A DNA stretch of 64,000 nt from Candidatus Multivoradales bacterium. GTDB lineage: Bacteria > Acidobacteriota > Thermoanaerobaculia > Multivoradales > Multivoraceae. Both the position numbers and the translations under genes were made by a program. Where the stretch lies: contig CBDCWI010000001.1 of the NCBI GenBank assembly GCA_965223325.1, positions 736,001-800,000 of the forward strand, given 5' to 3'. Shown here one piece after another: positions 1-11,100 of this stretch. Below the pieces are notes generated by a model that saw nothing but the letters and a program-made list of their open reading frames with translations, had not been told where the DNA came from and ran no database searches. Every line of letters begins with the position of its first letter. Position 1 is the stretch's first letter.

Positions 1-3000
1 GTAGCGAATCGTCTCACCAGCGGCCGGCAATTCACGGTGGAAGGTGACCGTTGCATCGAGCAGCCGATAGACGGCCTCGCCGCGCGTCTCGAGGTCGACT
101 CCCAGAAAGCCCGCCAGGAAAAGGTCGGCCTGGCCGGCCTCAACCACGATCGCGGTTGGAATACGTCCGGCGTCGAGATACCAGCGGTCGGCAGTGACGT
201 CATGTTCGGTGACCACGCGTCCATGATCCATGGCAAGGGGTTCTGCATCGATCTCGAGAATCCGGTCGACAAGCATCAAGGGCTCGTCGGGCAAGCGCAC
301 GCGGGTGGGGAAGGTGTCGGCTTCTCTGTAGCGGGCACCAAGGACGGCACCAATGCGGCCACGGGCGAACTCCAGACAGGCCTCGCGGTCCAGACTGCGT
401 GGCGGTTCAGCCGGCGGTGCCGCACCTGGTTCAGGCGGTTGCCCCTCCTCGTGCTGGACGCTGCTCTGCCCCATGCGTCGGGCCAGCGCCCGGGTGAGCT
501 TCTGGTAGTCGGCATCGGCACCTTCGTCGATCGCACTGCGGGCCGCCTGGACGGTCAGGGGCACCGCCTCAGGTCGGGGCGGTCGAGGGCGGGGCTCCTC
601 TCTTGGCTTGCTCCGAACGGAGGATCTCGCTCCTGGAGCCGGCGATCCCGGCGAAGCCACCTCGCCAACCCGCCCGCCAACCGGAAGCGGGCGCGACCTC
701 TCAGGCTCTCGAGGCTTCTGAGTCCGGTCCGCGACCGGCAGACTGCCCGACTGCGGCGGCTGGCGGCGAGCGCGAACTTCCGCCGCCAGGTCAGAGAGAC
801 CGGCGAAGTCCGCGCGGCCCACGGGCACCTCGAGTCTCCGTACAGAAGGCGTTGGCAGCTCCCGCGCCGAGCCGCCGAAAAGGGCGGCCAACGACAGCGG
901 AACACGCTCGGTGGCCAGCATCGCGAGCACGCGCAGCAGCGAGCCCGGCGACGAGATCGACATCGGCCCCACCGCCATCGAACGTGCCCGATGCGGGCGA
1001 CCCTCGAGAACCCGCGAGACCATGCGCGAGCAACTGGCGCCCGGGCCGAGTTCGATGAACAGCCGCACACCGTCGTCATAGGCCGCTGCAACCGTGGCAC
1101 TGAAGTCGACCCGACCGGTGGCCTGGGCGGTGATCGACTGGGCGGGTGCACCGGGCACTCCGGGGTCGTAGGTTGCGGCAGCGGCACTGCTGTAGAAGCG
1201 CACCCCATCGACAGACTGGCTCGGGATGTCGTGCAGCGCACGGTACTTGGCTTCGACGACCCGCGCGATATCGCAGTGCACCGTCACGACGCCGTCGACG
1301 GTCTGACAGTTGGCACCCAGATGGGCGATCAGGCGATCGAGTGCACGACCCTGCCCACCCACCACACACTCGCCAGGTGCATTGATCACCAGCACAGAGG
1401 CACGAGCCAGCCCGAGTTCGGCAATCGCCTGGTCGACGCGCTCCGCATCTTCTTCGAAGGTGGCCACCGTCCACTCGACCTCTTCGTCTTCGGGAAGCTC
1501 CCACAGGCGGCGGGCCGCCAGGCAGGCGCCCGCCAGCCACTCGGTGAACAAGTCCGACTCGAGCACTCGTTCGAGCAGCTCGCCGGGCTCGCTGAACGCG
1601 CCGAGCGAAACCAGCGACGTCGTTTCCCCCAGCGAGTATCCGATGGCCGCCTGCGGGGCGACCTGGAAGCTCTTGATGAGATCGGTCGTCAGGGTGCCGA
1701 ACGCGACCTGCGCCATCAACAGGTCGCGCGGCTCCTCTGGCTCACCGGCGACGTGCCCATCCCAGATCGTCTCCGGGCGAATGGCAGGGCGCAAGCGACT
1801 CCAGCGGGCCTCGGCGGCTTCGAGAATCTCGGGAAAGAGCACGCCGAGCGCCCGGCCCATCTCGGGGTAGTGACTGCCGGACCCCGGATAGACGAAGGCG
1901 ACATCTCCTCGAGGGCCGAGCGGCTCGGGAGCGAAGAACACCCGCCCTGCCGAATCGCGCTCCAGCTCCCGTCGATCGACAGCGGTCACCACGCCGCCGC
2001 GCGCCCGCCCAACCAGCTCGAGCAGTTCAGGCACCGAGCGCACCACCAACGACACCGCCAACGCTGGCGCCGCATCGCCCTCCGGCCGGGAGAGACCCGA
2101 CGGGTGATCGAGCCACCAGCGCCTCGCCAGCGAGGCGAGCACGTCGGGGTCACCATTGGCGTGCGCCAGAGCACTGGCGACATCGCGCAGGCGGTCGAGC
2201 TCGCGCACCAGATCGTCTCTGGTTTCGCCTTCGACGACGAACAACGACTCCTCGAAGGGCCCGAGTGGGCTACGGAAGACCTGCGGTTCGGGAGCCCGGG
2301 GAGCCTCGGCGAGAACCGCATGCGCGGCATGGCCGAGTGTCGACATCGACGACACGCCGGCCAGACGAGGCATCGTGCCCTCGCGCAGCCAGAAGCGTGG
2401 GTCCGATAACGAGAGCGCTTCGCCAACTTCCGAACGCTTCGCTTGCCCCGGGGGCCCGGGAGGAAGCAACCGGTGCTCGAGCGCCCAGGTTGCGCGCGCT
2501 ACCGACGCGAGCCCACCCGCCGCGCCGGTATGGCCCACCGTCGCCGCCACCGACCCCAGACATGGCGGCAGACCCCCGCGATCGGTTCGGGCTCTGGCGA
2601 TCTCTCCGAGAACGCTGGCTTCGACCCGGTCCTCGGCCGGGTTCCCGCTGCCGTGAGTCTCCAGGAGGCGCAACGCCGAAGCCATCGTGTCGGCGTTCCG
2701 ATGGGCTCGATCGACGGCGGCGACGTAAGCCTCTGGTGACGGTGGAGCCGCGAGCATCGACAGGTCGATGGTCTCACTTTCTGGCTGCCAGTGACCGCTC
2801 GCCTGCCCTACTCCCAGCACGCGGGCGCGCGAGTTCTCGTGCAGTCCCGTACGCAACACCAGGGTGACGGCACCTTCGCCGGGGACGATCCCCGCGGCAT
2901 GGCGATCGAAGGGCCGGCTGACACCCGAGCGATCGACCAACCGGACGTTCTCGTACGGCAAGAGAGCGCGCGGATCTCCAGTCGTATCGACACCGCCGAC

Positions 3001-5091
3001 GACCGCGACCTCGAGATCTTCGCCCTCGAGGTAGCCGAGCGCCGTCTCGAGCGCTGTCAGGCCTCCGCTCTCACCGCTCCCGAGAACGAAACTCGGTCCC
3101 CCAATACCGAACTCGCGGGCGATGCGGCTGGCCACAATGCCGCCCAGTGCGCCGACGGTCCGGTTCGCGTCGAGCGCTGGATGCAAGGCGTCGAGAGCCC
3201 GCGAGAGCTCGTCTGCCGAGAGCTCGAGGCTGTGCAACCACTCGCGTGCCAAAGCCGCCCAGCGCAGGTGGAAGCCGGTGGTTTCGGGGTCGAGTGAAAT
3301 GGCGTAGAAGACACCGGTTGCGAGGCCGAGTGCCGGCGGCAGGCGACCATCGCTGGCAAGCAGTCCAGAATCGGCAAGCGCTTCCCGGGCGGTCATCAAG
3401 GCCAGCAGCTGCTGCGGCAGACTCTCGAGGAGCTCGCGCGGCGGAACCCGCAACTGGCCGAGTGGAATGTCGAGGTGGTCGAGAAAGTAACCGACAACAG
3501 TCGACGCCAGACCCTCGCAACCGACGCGGGGCTCTGGCGAAACGCTCCGACCTCCACCGAGGAGGCGACGGGACACCGCGCGACGATCACCCCAGGGCCC
3601 GAGGCGCGCACCCAGGCCGACAATCGAAACCGTCACCGGCGAGCGTTCCGGCAGCTCGAGCGCGCCCTGGCCGGGAACCCCGAGGGCTCGAGATTCGCGC
3701 CACTCTTCGAGCAGCACATGAGCGTTGGTACCGCCGAAGCCGAACCCAGACACCGCACAGCGGCGCGCGCGACCTTCGGGATCGGGCCACGGAATCGCCT
3801 GATCGAGAACCCGGAAAGGACCGTCGCCGAATGACGAGCCCTCGATGGCTTCGCGGTGGTTGGCAATCGGGGCCAGGGTCTCGTTTTCGAGCGCCAGGAG
3901 AGTCTTGAGCAGGCCGGCCGCGCCGGCGCCGGTCAGCAGATGGCCAACGTTCCCCTTGACCGCACCGAGAACGGTTCCACCCGGCCGCCAGTCACGATCT
4001 CGAAAGAGCTGCCGCAGACTGTCGAGCTCCGCGGCATCGCCGAGCCGAGTTCCCGTCGCGTGGCATTCGACATGATCGACGGTCTCCGGGCCCCACCCGG
4101 CGCGCGCATAGGCGGCACGCATGGCGCGCACCTGGCCCTCCTCGCTCGGTGCCAAGAGGCGCCCGTCGACGTCGTTGGAAAGACCGATGCCGCGGATGAC
4201 GGAGAGAATGCGGTCACCCTGGTCGAGTGCGTCGGCGAGTCGTTTGAGCACGAAGGCACCGCCGCCCTCACCGACCACCAGACCGTCGGCCGCACGATCA
4301 AAGGGGGAACAACGACCGCTCGGCGACAGTGCCTGGAGCTGGGCAAACCCCATCTGGGTGTACAGCGCGTCGGGCCGTGAGACCCCCCCGGCGAGCACTG
4401 CGTCGACGCGCCGCGCGAGCAGGTCGCGAACCGCGATGTCGAGCGCGAACAATGACGAGGCACAGGCGGCGTCGAGAACCCGATAGCCGCCTCCGAGACC
4501 GAGGACCCGTGCGAGAACGGCTGCCGGCGCGTCGAAGGCCCAGCGGTTGAGGTCGGCCGGCAGGCTCTCTCCAGACAGCGGCGGCCGCTCGCCCCCGAGA
4601 GCCTGACCCAACCGGTGCTCGAACTCGCGCCCCAAGAGTCGGTCGGAAAGGCGCGAGCCGCTCTCGGTCGGCAGCGCGATGTTGGCCAACACCACCGAGA
4701 TGCGGGTTGGGTCGACCTGTTCCATCGCAGCGCTCTTCCACGCTCGATAGCCCGCTGTGAGCGCCACCTGAATCGACGGGTCGAGGTGTGCCCAGGCGCC
4801 GCCCAGGGTGTCACGCAGCTCCGCAGGCGCCTCGAGCTCCGTCAGGAAACAGGCACGGCGAGAGTAGACCCGGTCAGCTGTTCCCTTCTCCGGGTCGTAG
4901 GCCCTACCCAGGTCGAGCGTGAAGCGACCGGCAGGTGGCTCGGACGCGGTGTCGTGACCGCTTTCGACGATCTTCCAGAAGGCCTCGAGATCGGGGGCGC
5001 CGGGCAGAACTCCACCCATCGCCACGATCGCAACCGCTTCCTGGTGGGCCGTCCGCCCCCCGTTGGGGCGCGGGAATCGCGCTCTAGACAT
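1..5091 (-). CDS. PUFA-synthase PfaBC/Pfa3-like multidomain protein (KS-CLF-AT-FabA-like DH); 3' end runs off the window
   Basis: Absent from the ORF track because it has no stop in the window. My translation from the ATG at 5091 reads MSRARFP...VAIVAMGGVLPGAPDLEAFW. It has the KS active site 'LDAACASSL' (~4460), a Cys-less CLF-like region (~3000), AT motifs 'VAFVYPGSG' (~1890) and 'IGYSLGE' (~1635), and DH-like 'LDATVTFHRELP..GETIRY' at the edge. Confidence 0.9.
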   Translation of the reverse strand, partial: MSRARFPRPNGGRTAHQEAVAIVAMGGVLPGAPDLEAFWKIVESGHDTASEPPAGRFTLDLGRAYDPEKGTADRVYSRRACFLTELEAPAELRDTLGGAWAHLDPSIQVALTAGYRAWKSAAMEQVDPTRISVVLANIALPTESGSRLSDRLLGREFEHRLGQALGGERPPLSGESLPADLNRWAFDAPAAVLARVLGLGGGYRVLDAACASSLFALDIAVRDLLARRVDAVLAGGVSRPDALYTQMGFAQLQALSPSGRCSPFDRAADGLVVGEGGGAFVLKRLADALDQGDRILSVIRGIGLSNDVDGRLLAPSEEGQVRAMRAAYARAGWGPETVDHVECHATGTRLGDAAELDSLRQLFRDRDWRPGGTVLGAVKGNVGHLLTGAGAAGLLKTLLALENETLAPIANHREAIEGSSFGDGPFRVLDQAIPWPDPEGRARRCAVSGFGFGGTNAHVLLEEWRESRALGVPGQGALELPERSPVTVSIVGLGARLGPWGDRRAVSRRLLGGGRSVSPEPRVGCEGLASTVVGYFLDHLDIPLGQLRVPPRELLESLPQQLLALMTAREALADSGLLASDGRLPPALGLATGVFYAISLDPETTGFHLRWAALAREWLHSLELSADELSRALDALHPALDANRTVGALGGIVASRIAREFGIGGPSFVLGSGESGGLTALETALGYLEGEDLEVAVVGGVDTTGDPRALLPYENVRLVDRSGVSRPFDRHAAGIVPGEGAVTLVLRTGLHENSRARVLGVGQASGHWQPESETIDLSMLAAPPSPEAYVAAVDRAHRNADTMASALRLLETHGSGNPAEDRVEASVLGEIARARTDRGGLPPCLGSVAATVGHTGAAGGLASVARATWALEHRLLPPGPPGQAKRSEVGEALSLSDPRFWLREGTMPRLAGVSSMSTLGHAAHAVLAEAPRAPEPQVFRSPLGPFEESLFVVEGETRDDLVRELDRLRDVASALAHANGDPDVLASLARRWWLDHPSGLSRPEGDAAPALAVSLVVRSVPELLELVGRARGGVVTAVDRRELERDSAGRVFFAPEPLGPRGDVAFVYPGSGSHYPEMGRALGVLFPEILEAAEARWSRLRPAIRPETIWDGHVAGEPEEPRDLLMAQVAFGTLTTDLIKSFQVAPQAAIGYSLGETTSLVSLGAFSEPGELLERVLESDLFTEWLAGACLAARRLWELPEDEEVEWTVATFEEDAERVDQAIAELGLARASVLVINAPGECVVGGQGRALDRLIAHLGANCQTVDGVVTVHCDIARVVEAKYRALHDIPSQSVDGVRFYSSAAAATYDPGVPGAPAQSITAQATGRVDFSATVAAAYDDGVRLFIELGPGASCSRMVSRVLEGRPHRARSMAVGPMSISSPGSLLRVLAMLATERVPLSLAALFGGSARELPTPSVRRLEVPVGRADFAGLSDLAAEVRARRQPPQSGSLPVADRTQKPREPERSRPLPVGGRVGEVASPGSPAPGARSSVRSKPREEPRPRPPRPEAVPLTVQAARSAIDEGADADYQKLTRALARRMGQSSVQHEEGQPPEPGAAPPAEPPRSLDREACLEFARGRIGAVLGARYREADTFPTRVRLPDEPLMLVDRILEIDAEPLAMDHGRVVTEHDVTADRWYLDAGRIPTAIVVEAGQADLFLAGFLGVDLETRGEAVYRLLDATVTFHRELPAAGETIRY

Positions 5092-5170
5092 TGCGCTGGA
5101 CTCTCCGGAACTCAAAGGCAGAACTCGAGAACTCAAAGGATACGGGCTCAGAAAGGGTGAGGGTAGGGTG

Positions 5171-8100
5171 TCAACGAGTCGGCGACTCGCCCGGCCGTAT
5201 CGGGCGCCGGCGCGTCATCGGCAGGCTGTCGATTCGGTTGCGCGCGAAGGCGCCATTGAGAGCCGCATCGATCACGCACTCGTAGCCGTCTAGCCGCGCA
5301 ACCACCTGGCCGTCGCGCAGCCACTCGAGATCGGCGCGGGCGATGCGCTCTCCCGCTTCGCGCACCCGTGCGGTGACTTCGAGCTCACCGCCACGTAGGG
5401 AACGCACGTACTGGCGATAGCACGGCAGGCGTGCAGGCAGAGAACCGCGCTCCGAATGGTTGCGGCTCCACACGATCATCAACTGGAAGGCAACATCGAG
5501 CGCTAGCGGATCGGCGATCCACGAGGCACGAATCGGTGACTGCATCCACTGCGCCGGCGCCTCGGCCGTACGGGTGCGACCGACGATGCCCGCTCCCGAC
5601 CAGCCTTCGATCGAGGTCAGACCGTGCAGAGCGGGGCCGTGGAAGAGCAGCTCGTCGTAGATCTGGTCGAGCGAACGGTCGATCGGCTCTCCCGACTCCG
5701 GGCGAGGCCCGGCCGCCGGCGCTTTCGGCAGCCGCTCGGTGAGGACAATATCGGCACCGCAGTGCAGTACCGCCTCGCCGTTCGAGCCATCCGAGATCAT
5801 GCGCACCGGCACCAGGAGGGTCGCCGTGTCGCCCTCGCGCTCCCATCGCGACGAGCCCGCCTCGATTCGTACGGTGATCTCCTCATGGGCGACCCGAACA
5901 CCCTTCCAGACCCGCAGGTCGTCGACACCGAAGAAGCGCAGGCCCGGCTGGCCATGGAGTGCGCCGTGCGCCAGCCACTCGACCATCATCGCCGCCGGGA
6001 GAACGGCACGACCGTTCATGACGTGCGAAGCGAGAAAGGGATGGCTCTCGAGTGACACCAGGCGACCGAACGCCGTCTGCCAACGTTGTTCGGCGGCTTC
6101 GCTACCCGTCGACGCGAGACGCATCGTTTGTTCGGAGATGGTGATCTCCGACCCGGCAGGAGGCGTCGCCACGCGGCTGGCCACTGCTCTTGTGCCTGTG
6201 GTCGCCGGTTCTTCCGGCGGCTCATCGACGAGACCTTCGAGGTTGGAGCCCGCTCCGAGAATGACCACCAGGGTCTGGTCTCGAGGCGCCTCGAGCAACT
6301 CTCTCACCAGCTGACGGCCTCCCTCTGCGAGCGGCACCACTTCGACCCCTTCGGCGCGGAAGAGATTCTTGAGACTGGCGTCAACCATGCCGCCATCCCA
6401 TGGTCCCCAGCCGACTGAGACGGCACGCGCCTCTGGATGCCGCTGTGCGAACGCCAACGCGTGGCTATCGAGGGCCGCGTTGGCCACTGCGTAGTCGACC
6501 TGACCGCGCCGCCCGAAACGACCGGTTGACGAGGAGAAGAGCGCCAGCCATGAGAGCTCGCGGTGGGCCAGCGATGCGAGCAGATTCTCGAGACCTCTGA
6601 CTTTGGTGTCGTAGACCGTGCGCCAGTCGGCCTCGGTCTTCTCTTCAATTGCGGCATCACGCAGCACACCGGCGCCGTGAACGAGGCCAGTGACCGCACC
6701 GTGTTCGGTCTCGAGCGCCAGAATCACTCCGGCTGTGGCCTGGGCGTCGCGAACATCGACCGAGAGGTACGAAGCTTCGGCGCCAGCGGCGCGAACCCGC
6801 GAGAGCGTGGTTTCGATTTCGCGCCGTGCGCGAACCTTCTGGCAACGCAGGGTGAGTTCGCGCGGTTTGAGCTTCTCCCCCGCTGCCAGGGCTGCATCAA
6901 GAACAGCGCGTTCGAGGTCGCTGTCGGCGACACCCGAAAACGCATCGTCAGAGGCCGGCAGCGGGCTGCGACCGAGCAGTGCCAGGCGCCCGACGCCTGC
7001 GGCCGCCAGCGCAACCGCACATTCGGCGGTGACCCCGCGGGCCCCGCCACTGATGACCAGGAAGTCCTCCGCCGTGAAGGAACGTGCGTGCCCGTTGAGA
7101 AGCGCCGCACTCGGCAAGGGTGTCGGCCGGACCCCCAGCCGCAGCGTGCGCTCTCTTTGCAGGCCGATCTCGGGCGGTCCGATTTGCACCAGCGCTCTTG
7201 CCAGACGGGCGACGCCGTTCTCGAGTTCAGCGGCTTCGACATCGACCACCCGCGTGGTGACCTCGGGCCACTCGCGCGCAACGGTGCGAATGAGCCCCGC
7301 GATCGCCGAGGAGACGATGCCGCCTTCAGCCGGTGCCTCGAACCCGAAAGCACCGCCCTGCCGGGTGACCGCTGCGATGAGCGGTCGCTCGCTGCCATCT
7401 GCCTGACGACGGAAAGCAGAAGCTGCGTGCTGCACCGTGCTGAACGCTTCCCACAACCAATCGTGCGCCGCCTCGCTCCGATCGGGTGCCAGGAGCAACA
7501 GGCCGTCGAGAATCGCCGGCGGCGAGGGCAACGCGCGCGGATCCACCACTTCGGCGTGAAAGCCGAGCGCCTCGAGTTCGCTCGCCAGAGCCTGCGCCAC
7601 CCCGTCGCCGGCTTCGGTCACCCAGACAAGGGCTCCGGGAGGCAACAAAGGGGGCGAATCGCCTGCTGCCGGGACACCTTCGTCAACGAACGAGACGAAA
7701 CGAGGCAGAGCTTCCCCGGTGGCGACTGTTCGGGAGGCGACTGCTACCGGCTCCGGAGCGACCGCAGGGGCCGGCACGCCCGCGTTGGCGAGAGGGCCGG
7801 CCTGAACTGGCGGGGCAGGCTCTGGTCCGAGGTTCGGCTCGCGTGAGCCTGCAGGAGAAGCCTCGGCCGCGGGCTGAGTGATCGCCTCGGCGACGTCGGC
7901 CAGGGTGCGGAGCCGTCCGAGGTCGTCGGCATCCAGGCGTGGCAGCGCCGGAAAGCGCTCTTCGAGCGCCGCGAGAATCTCGACCCGCTTGATCGAGTCG
8001 ATTCCCAGGTCAGCATCGAGACCCATCTGCGGTTCGAGCATCTCGATCGGGTAACCAGTCTTCTGAGCCACCGCCTCGTAGAGGGCCCGTTCGATGGCTT

Positions 8101-11100
8101 CGCTGTCGGCGGCCGCCAGGCCTTCCTGGGCGGCTGGCGGGCCTGAGGCGTCAGGCGCAGCGGCGACGTCGGCCGCGGCCAGACCGGTGGCCAGAGCAGC
8201 GAGCACCTCCTCAACCGAGCGCAGCGCACCGAGCTGCTCTGCCTCGAGTCGCGGCAGCTCGGGGAACTTCTCTTCGAGCGCCGCCAGGATCTCGACCCGT
8301 TTGATCGAGTCGATTCCCAGGTCAGCATCGAGGCCCATCTGAGGCTCGAGCATGTCGGCCGGGTAGCCGGTCTTCTCTGCGATCGCGTCAAAGAGCGCCT
8401 GCGAGAGCGTCTCCAAGGAGGTCGCCGCTCTTGCCGACGCAATCACTCGCGCTGGTTCCTCGACGGCAAGGGGCACCGCGGGGGCACCGTTCTCCGCAGG
8501 GGCACTGTTCTCCGCGGCCACACTGGGCATCGCCGCGCTGACCGCCCCGGTCCCACCGCCGAGGACACCGACGACATCGGCCAGGGTCCGTAGTTCGCCG
8601 AGGCGCTCGGCCTCGAGGCGCGGCAGACCCGGGAAGCGTTCTTCGAGCGCGGCGAGGATTTCGACCCGTTTGATCGAGTCGATCCCGAGGTCGGCATCGA
8701 GTTCCATTGCCGGTTCCAACATCGCCACCGGGTAGCCGGTCTTCTCTGACACGGCCTCGAAGAGCGCCGCCCGAAGATCGTCTGACACCGCGGCGGCCGC
8801 GGAACTCAATACAGCTGGCGAATGCGCTGGCTGTTCGAGAGCGGCGAGCTGTGGCGCTCCCTCCTCGAGTGTCGCCACCACTTCGGCGAGCGTTCTGAGG
8901 CCCCCAAGACGCTCGGCTTCGAGTCGTGGCAGCTCTGGGAAGCGCTCTTCGAGCGCAGCCAGGATCTCGACCCGCTTGATCGAGTCGATCCCGAGATCGG
9001 CATCGAGTTCCATCGCCGGTTCGAGCATCTCGACCGGGTAGCCGGTCTTCTCTGAGACCGCTTCGAACAAGGCCTGGACGAGCGGACCGGGAACGGCAGG
9101 CACCGGCGTCTGAGAAGGCGTCGCAACCGGAGCAGGCGCAGGCGACACCACAGGCCCAGGCCGAGCGTCTCGAGATGGCTCGCTAGAAGCCGCGACCCGC
9201 GGTGCGACCGCAGTGGGCGGTGCAACCGCGGTGGACGATGCATCCGCTGCCTGTTCGAGGACCCGCTCGATCTGGCGACTGATGCTCTCCTGCCCGTCGA
9301 GGAACCGCCGGTGAATCTCGGCATTGGTCTCCTGCAACCGGAGCAGCGAACGGAGGACTTCGTGCATGGGATCTCCTTCGGCGAGACCTGAAAGAGCTGG
9401 TTCGTCGGGCGGACTGATGAAGGACGACAAAGCACCGGCAGGATGAGAAACGGGCGCCGCTAGGGCAGGCAATGGGGTTGGGGACTCGGGGGTTGGGAAC
9501 TCGGGAGCTGGCGCCGGGCGCGGCGGTCGTGGCGGAACCGGTTCGCGATGGTTCGCCCCGCTGAGAGCGACGGTGAACGGGCGACGCTTCGAAGGCGAGA
9601 TCGAAACTGGATCCGGCAGCGGGTCCCAGAGCGCCAGGTCGATCTCGACCCCGCGCGCCGCGAGACCCGCCACGGCCCGCGCCAGACCGGCTACCGCACC
9701 GTCACCCGCTGGATCGATCGCCAGCGCGACCACCGCTTCGCCGAGTGTGTCGTCGACGAGACCCGAGAGGCGCCGGCCAGGCCCAACTTCGACGAAGGTG
9801 TCGATCCCGCTTTCGGCCATCGCCTCGAGGACACCCTGCCAGGCGACCGGTCGGGCCAGCTGCGCGCCGAGGAGCTCGCGGGCTGCTTCAGGGTCATCTG
9901 GGTAGACGTTGGCAGTGGCGTTGGCGAATACCAAGCCGCCCGTTCCAGTGCCCTGGTCGCCAATCCCCAGGCTCACCGCGGCGAGCGCTGCAGTGAACGG
10001 TGCGGCGGCGGCCTCGACCAACGAGCTGTGGAAGGCCGCAGCAACCGCGAGCTGCTTACCGGCAAGACCCTCGCTCGCCAGGAGGCTGGCGGCACGCTCG
10101 ATCTCGCTCGTTGCGCCCGACAAGACATGCTGGCGCGGCGAGTTCCGATTGGCGATTACCAGGTCGAGTTGATGGCGCCCTAGAAAGCCTTCGACTTCCG
10201 GCGCTTCCGCAAGAACCGCCAGCATCGAGCCCGGGTCACGCCCGACGTCGCCGCCAACGCTCGCCATGAGCTGACCGCGCAGGTAGGAGAGCCGGTGCAG
10301 CTCGGAGCTTTCCAGCCGCCCAGCGGCGGCCAACGCAACGAGTTCACCGTAGCTGTGACCGGCAAAGGCAGCGGCCTCGAACCCCAACGAGCGCAGCACC
10401 AGAAAGGCACCGTACTCGACCGCGCCGAGCGCTGGCTGCGCCCGGTCGGTGGCTTGGAGCGCCGCGCGTTGTGCGGCGAGCGTCTCGCCGTCGAAGGCCG
10501 GATGCGGGTAGATCAGATCGGACAGTCGTTCGGCACCGCCGGCCCTCATGCTTTCGAAGTCGGCTTCAGCCAGCGCGTCTTGCATGACCGGGAAGCGGCA
10601 GGCCAGGTCACGCAACATGCCGGGCGCCTGAGCACCCTGGCCGGGAAAGACTGCCGCCGCACGCCCTCTTCTGCCGGTAGCCCACACCGTGCCACCGAGC
10701 AGGGACAGGAAAGAGCGCTCACCCAGGTCATCGCCGGCAGCGATGGCGCGCTCGAACGCTTCTCCAGCATCGTCGGCGCTCGCCGCGACAACAACCAGAC
10801 GCACCGGCTGGCTGGCGTCGTAGGAACGGCGGGTTCTGGCCGCGAAGCGCCGCATCTCGTCGGCACTGCCCGTGACCTCCGCGAGCTCGTTGGCGAGAAG
10901 CTGCGCCTTTCCCCTGGTGTCTTCGACGGATTGACCGCAGAAGGCGAAAAGGAGCGGCGCCCCACCCCAGTCGGCTGCGGCGTGATGCGCCTCCTCGACG
11001 ACGCAGTGGAAGTTCGTGCCTCCGAAGCCAAACGCACTGACTCCCGCGCGCCGTGGGTACAGAACTTCGAGGCCGCCCGTCTCCGCGTCCGTCAAGCGCG

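Noticed and set aside
37-2409. 790-aa plus-strand ORF (and similar plus-strand ORFs up to 5160)
   Set aside because: Antisense shadow in register with the minus-strand PfaBC-like gene; no motifs; a typical high-GC artefact.
9474-9503. 15-bp tandem duplication in pfaA
   Set aside because: In frame; encodes a PEFPT/PESPT Pro-rich linker; ordinary linker slippage.
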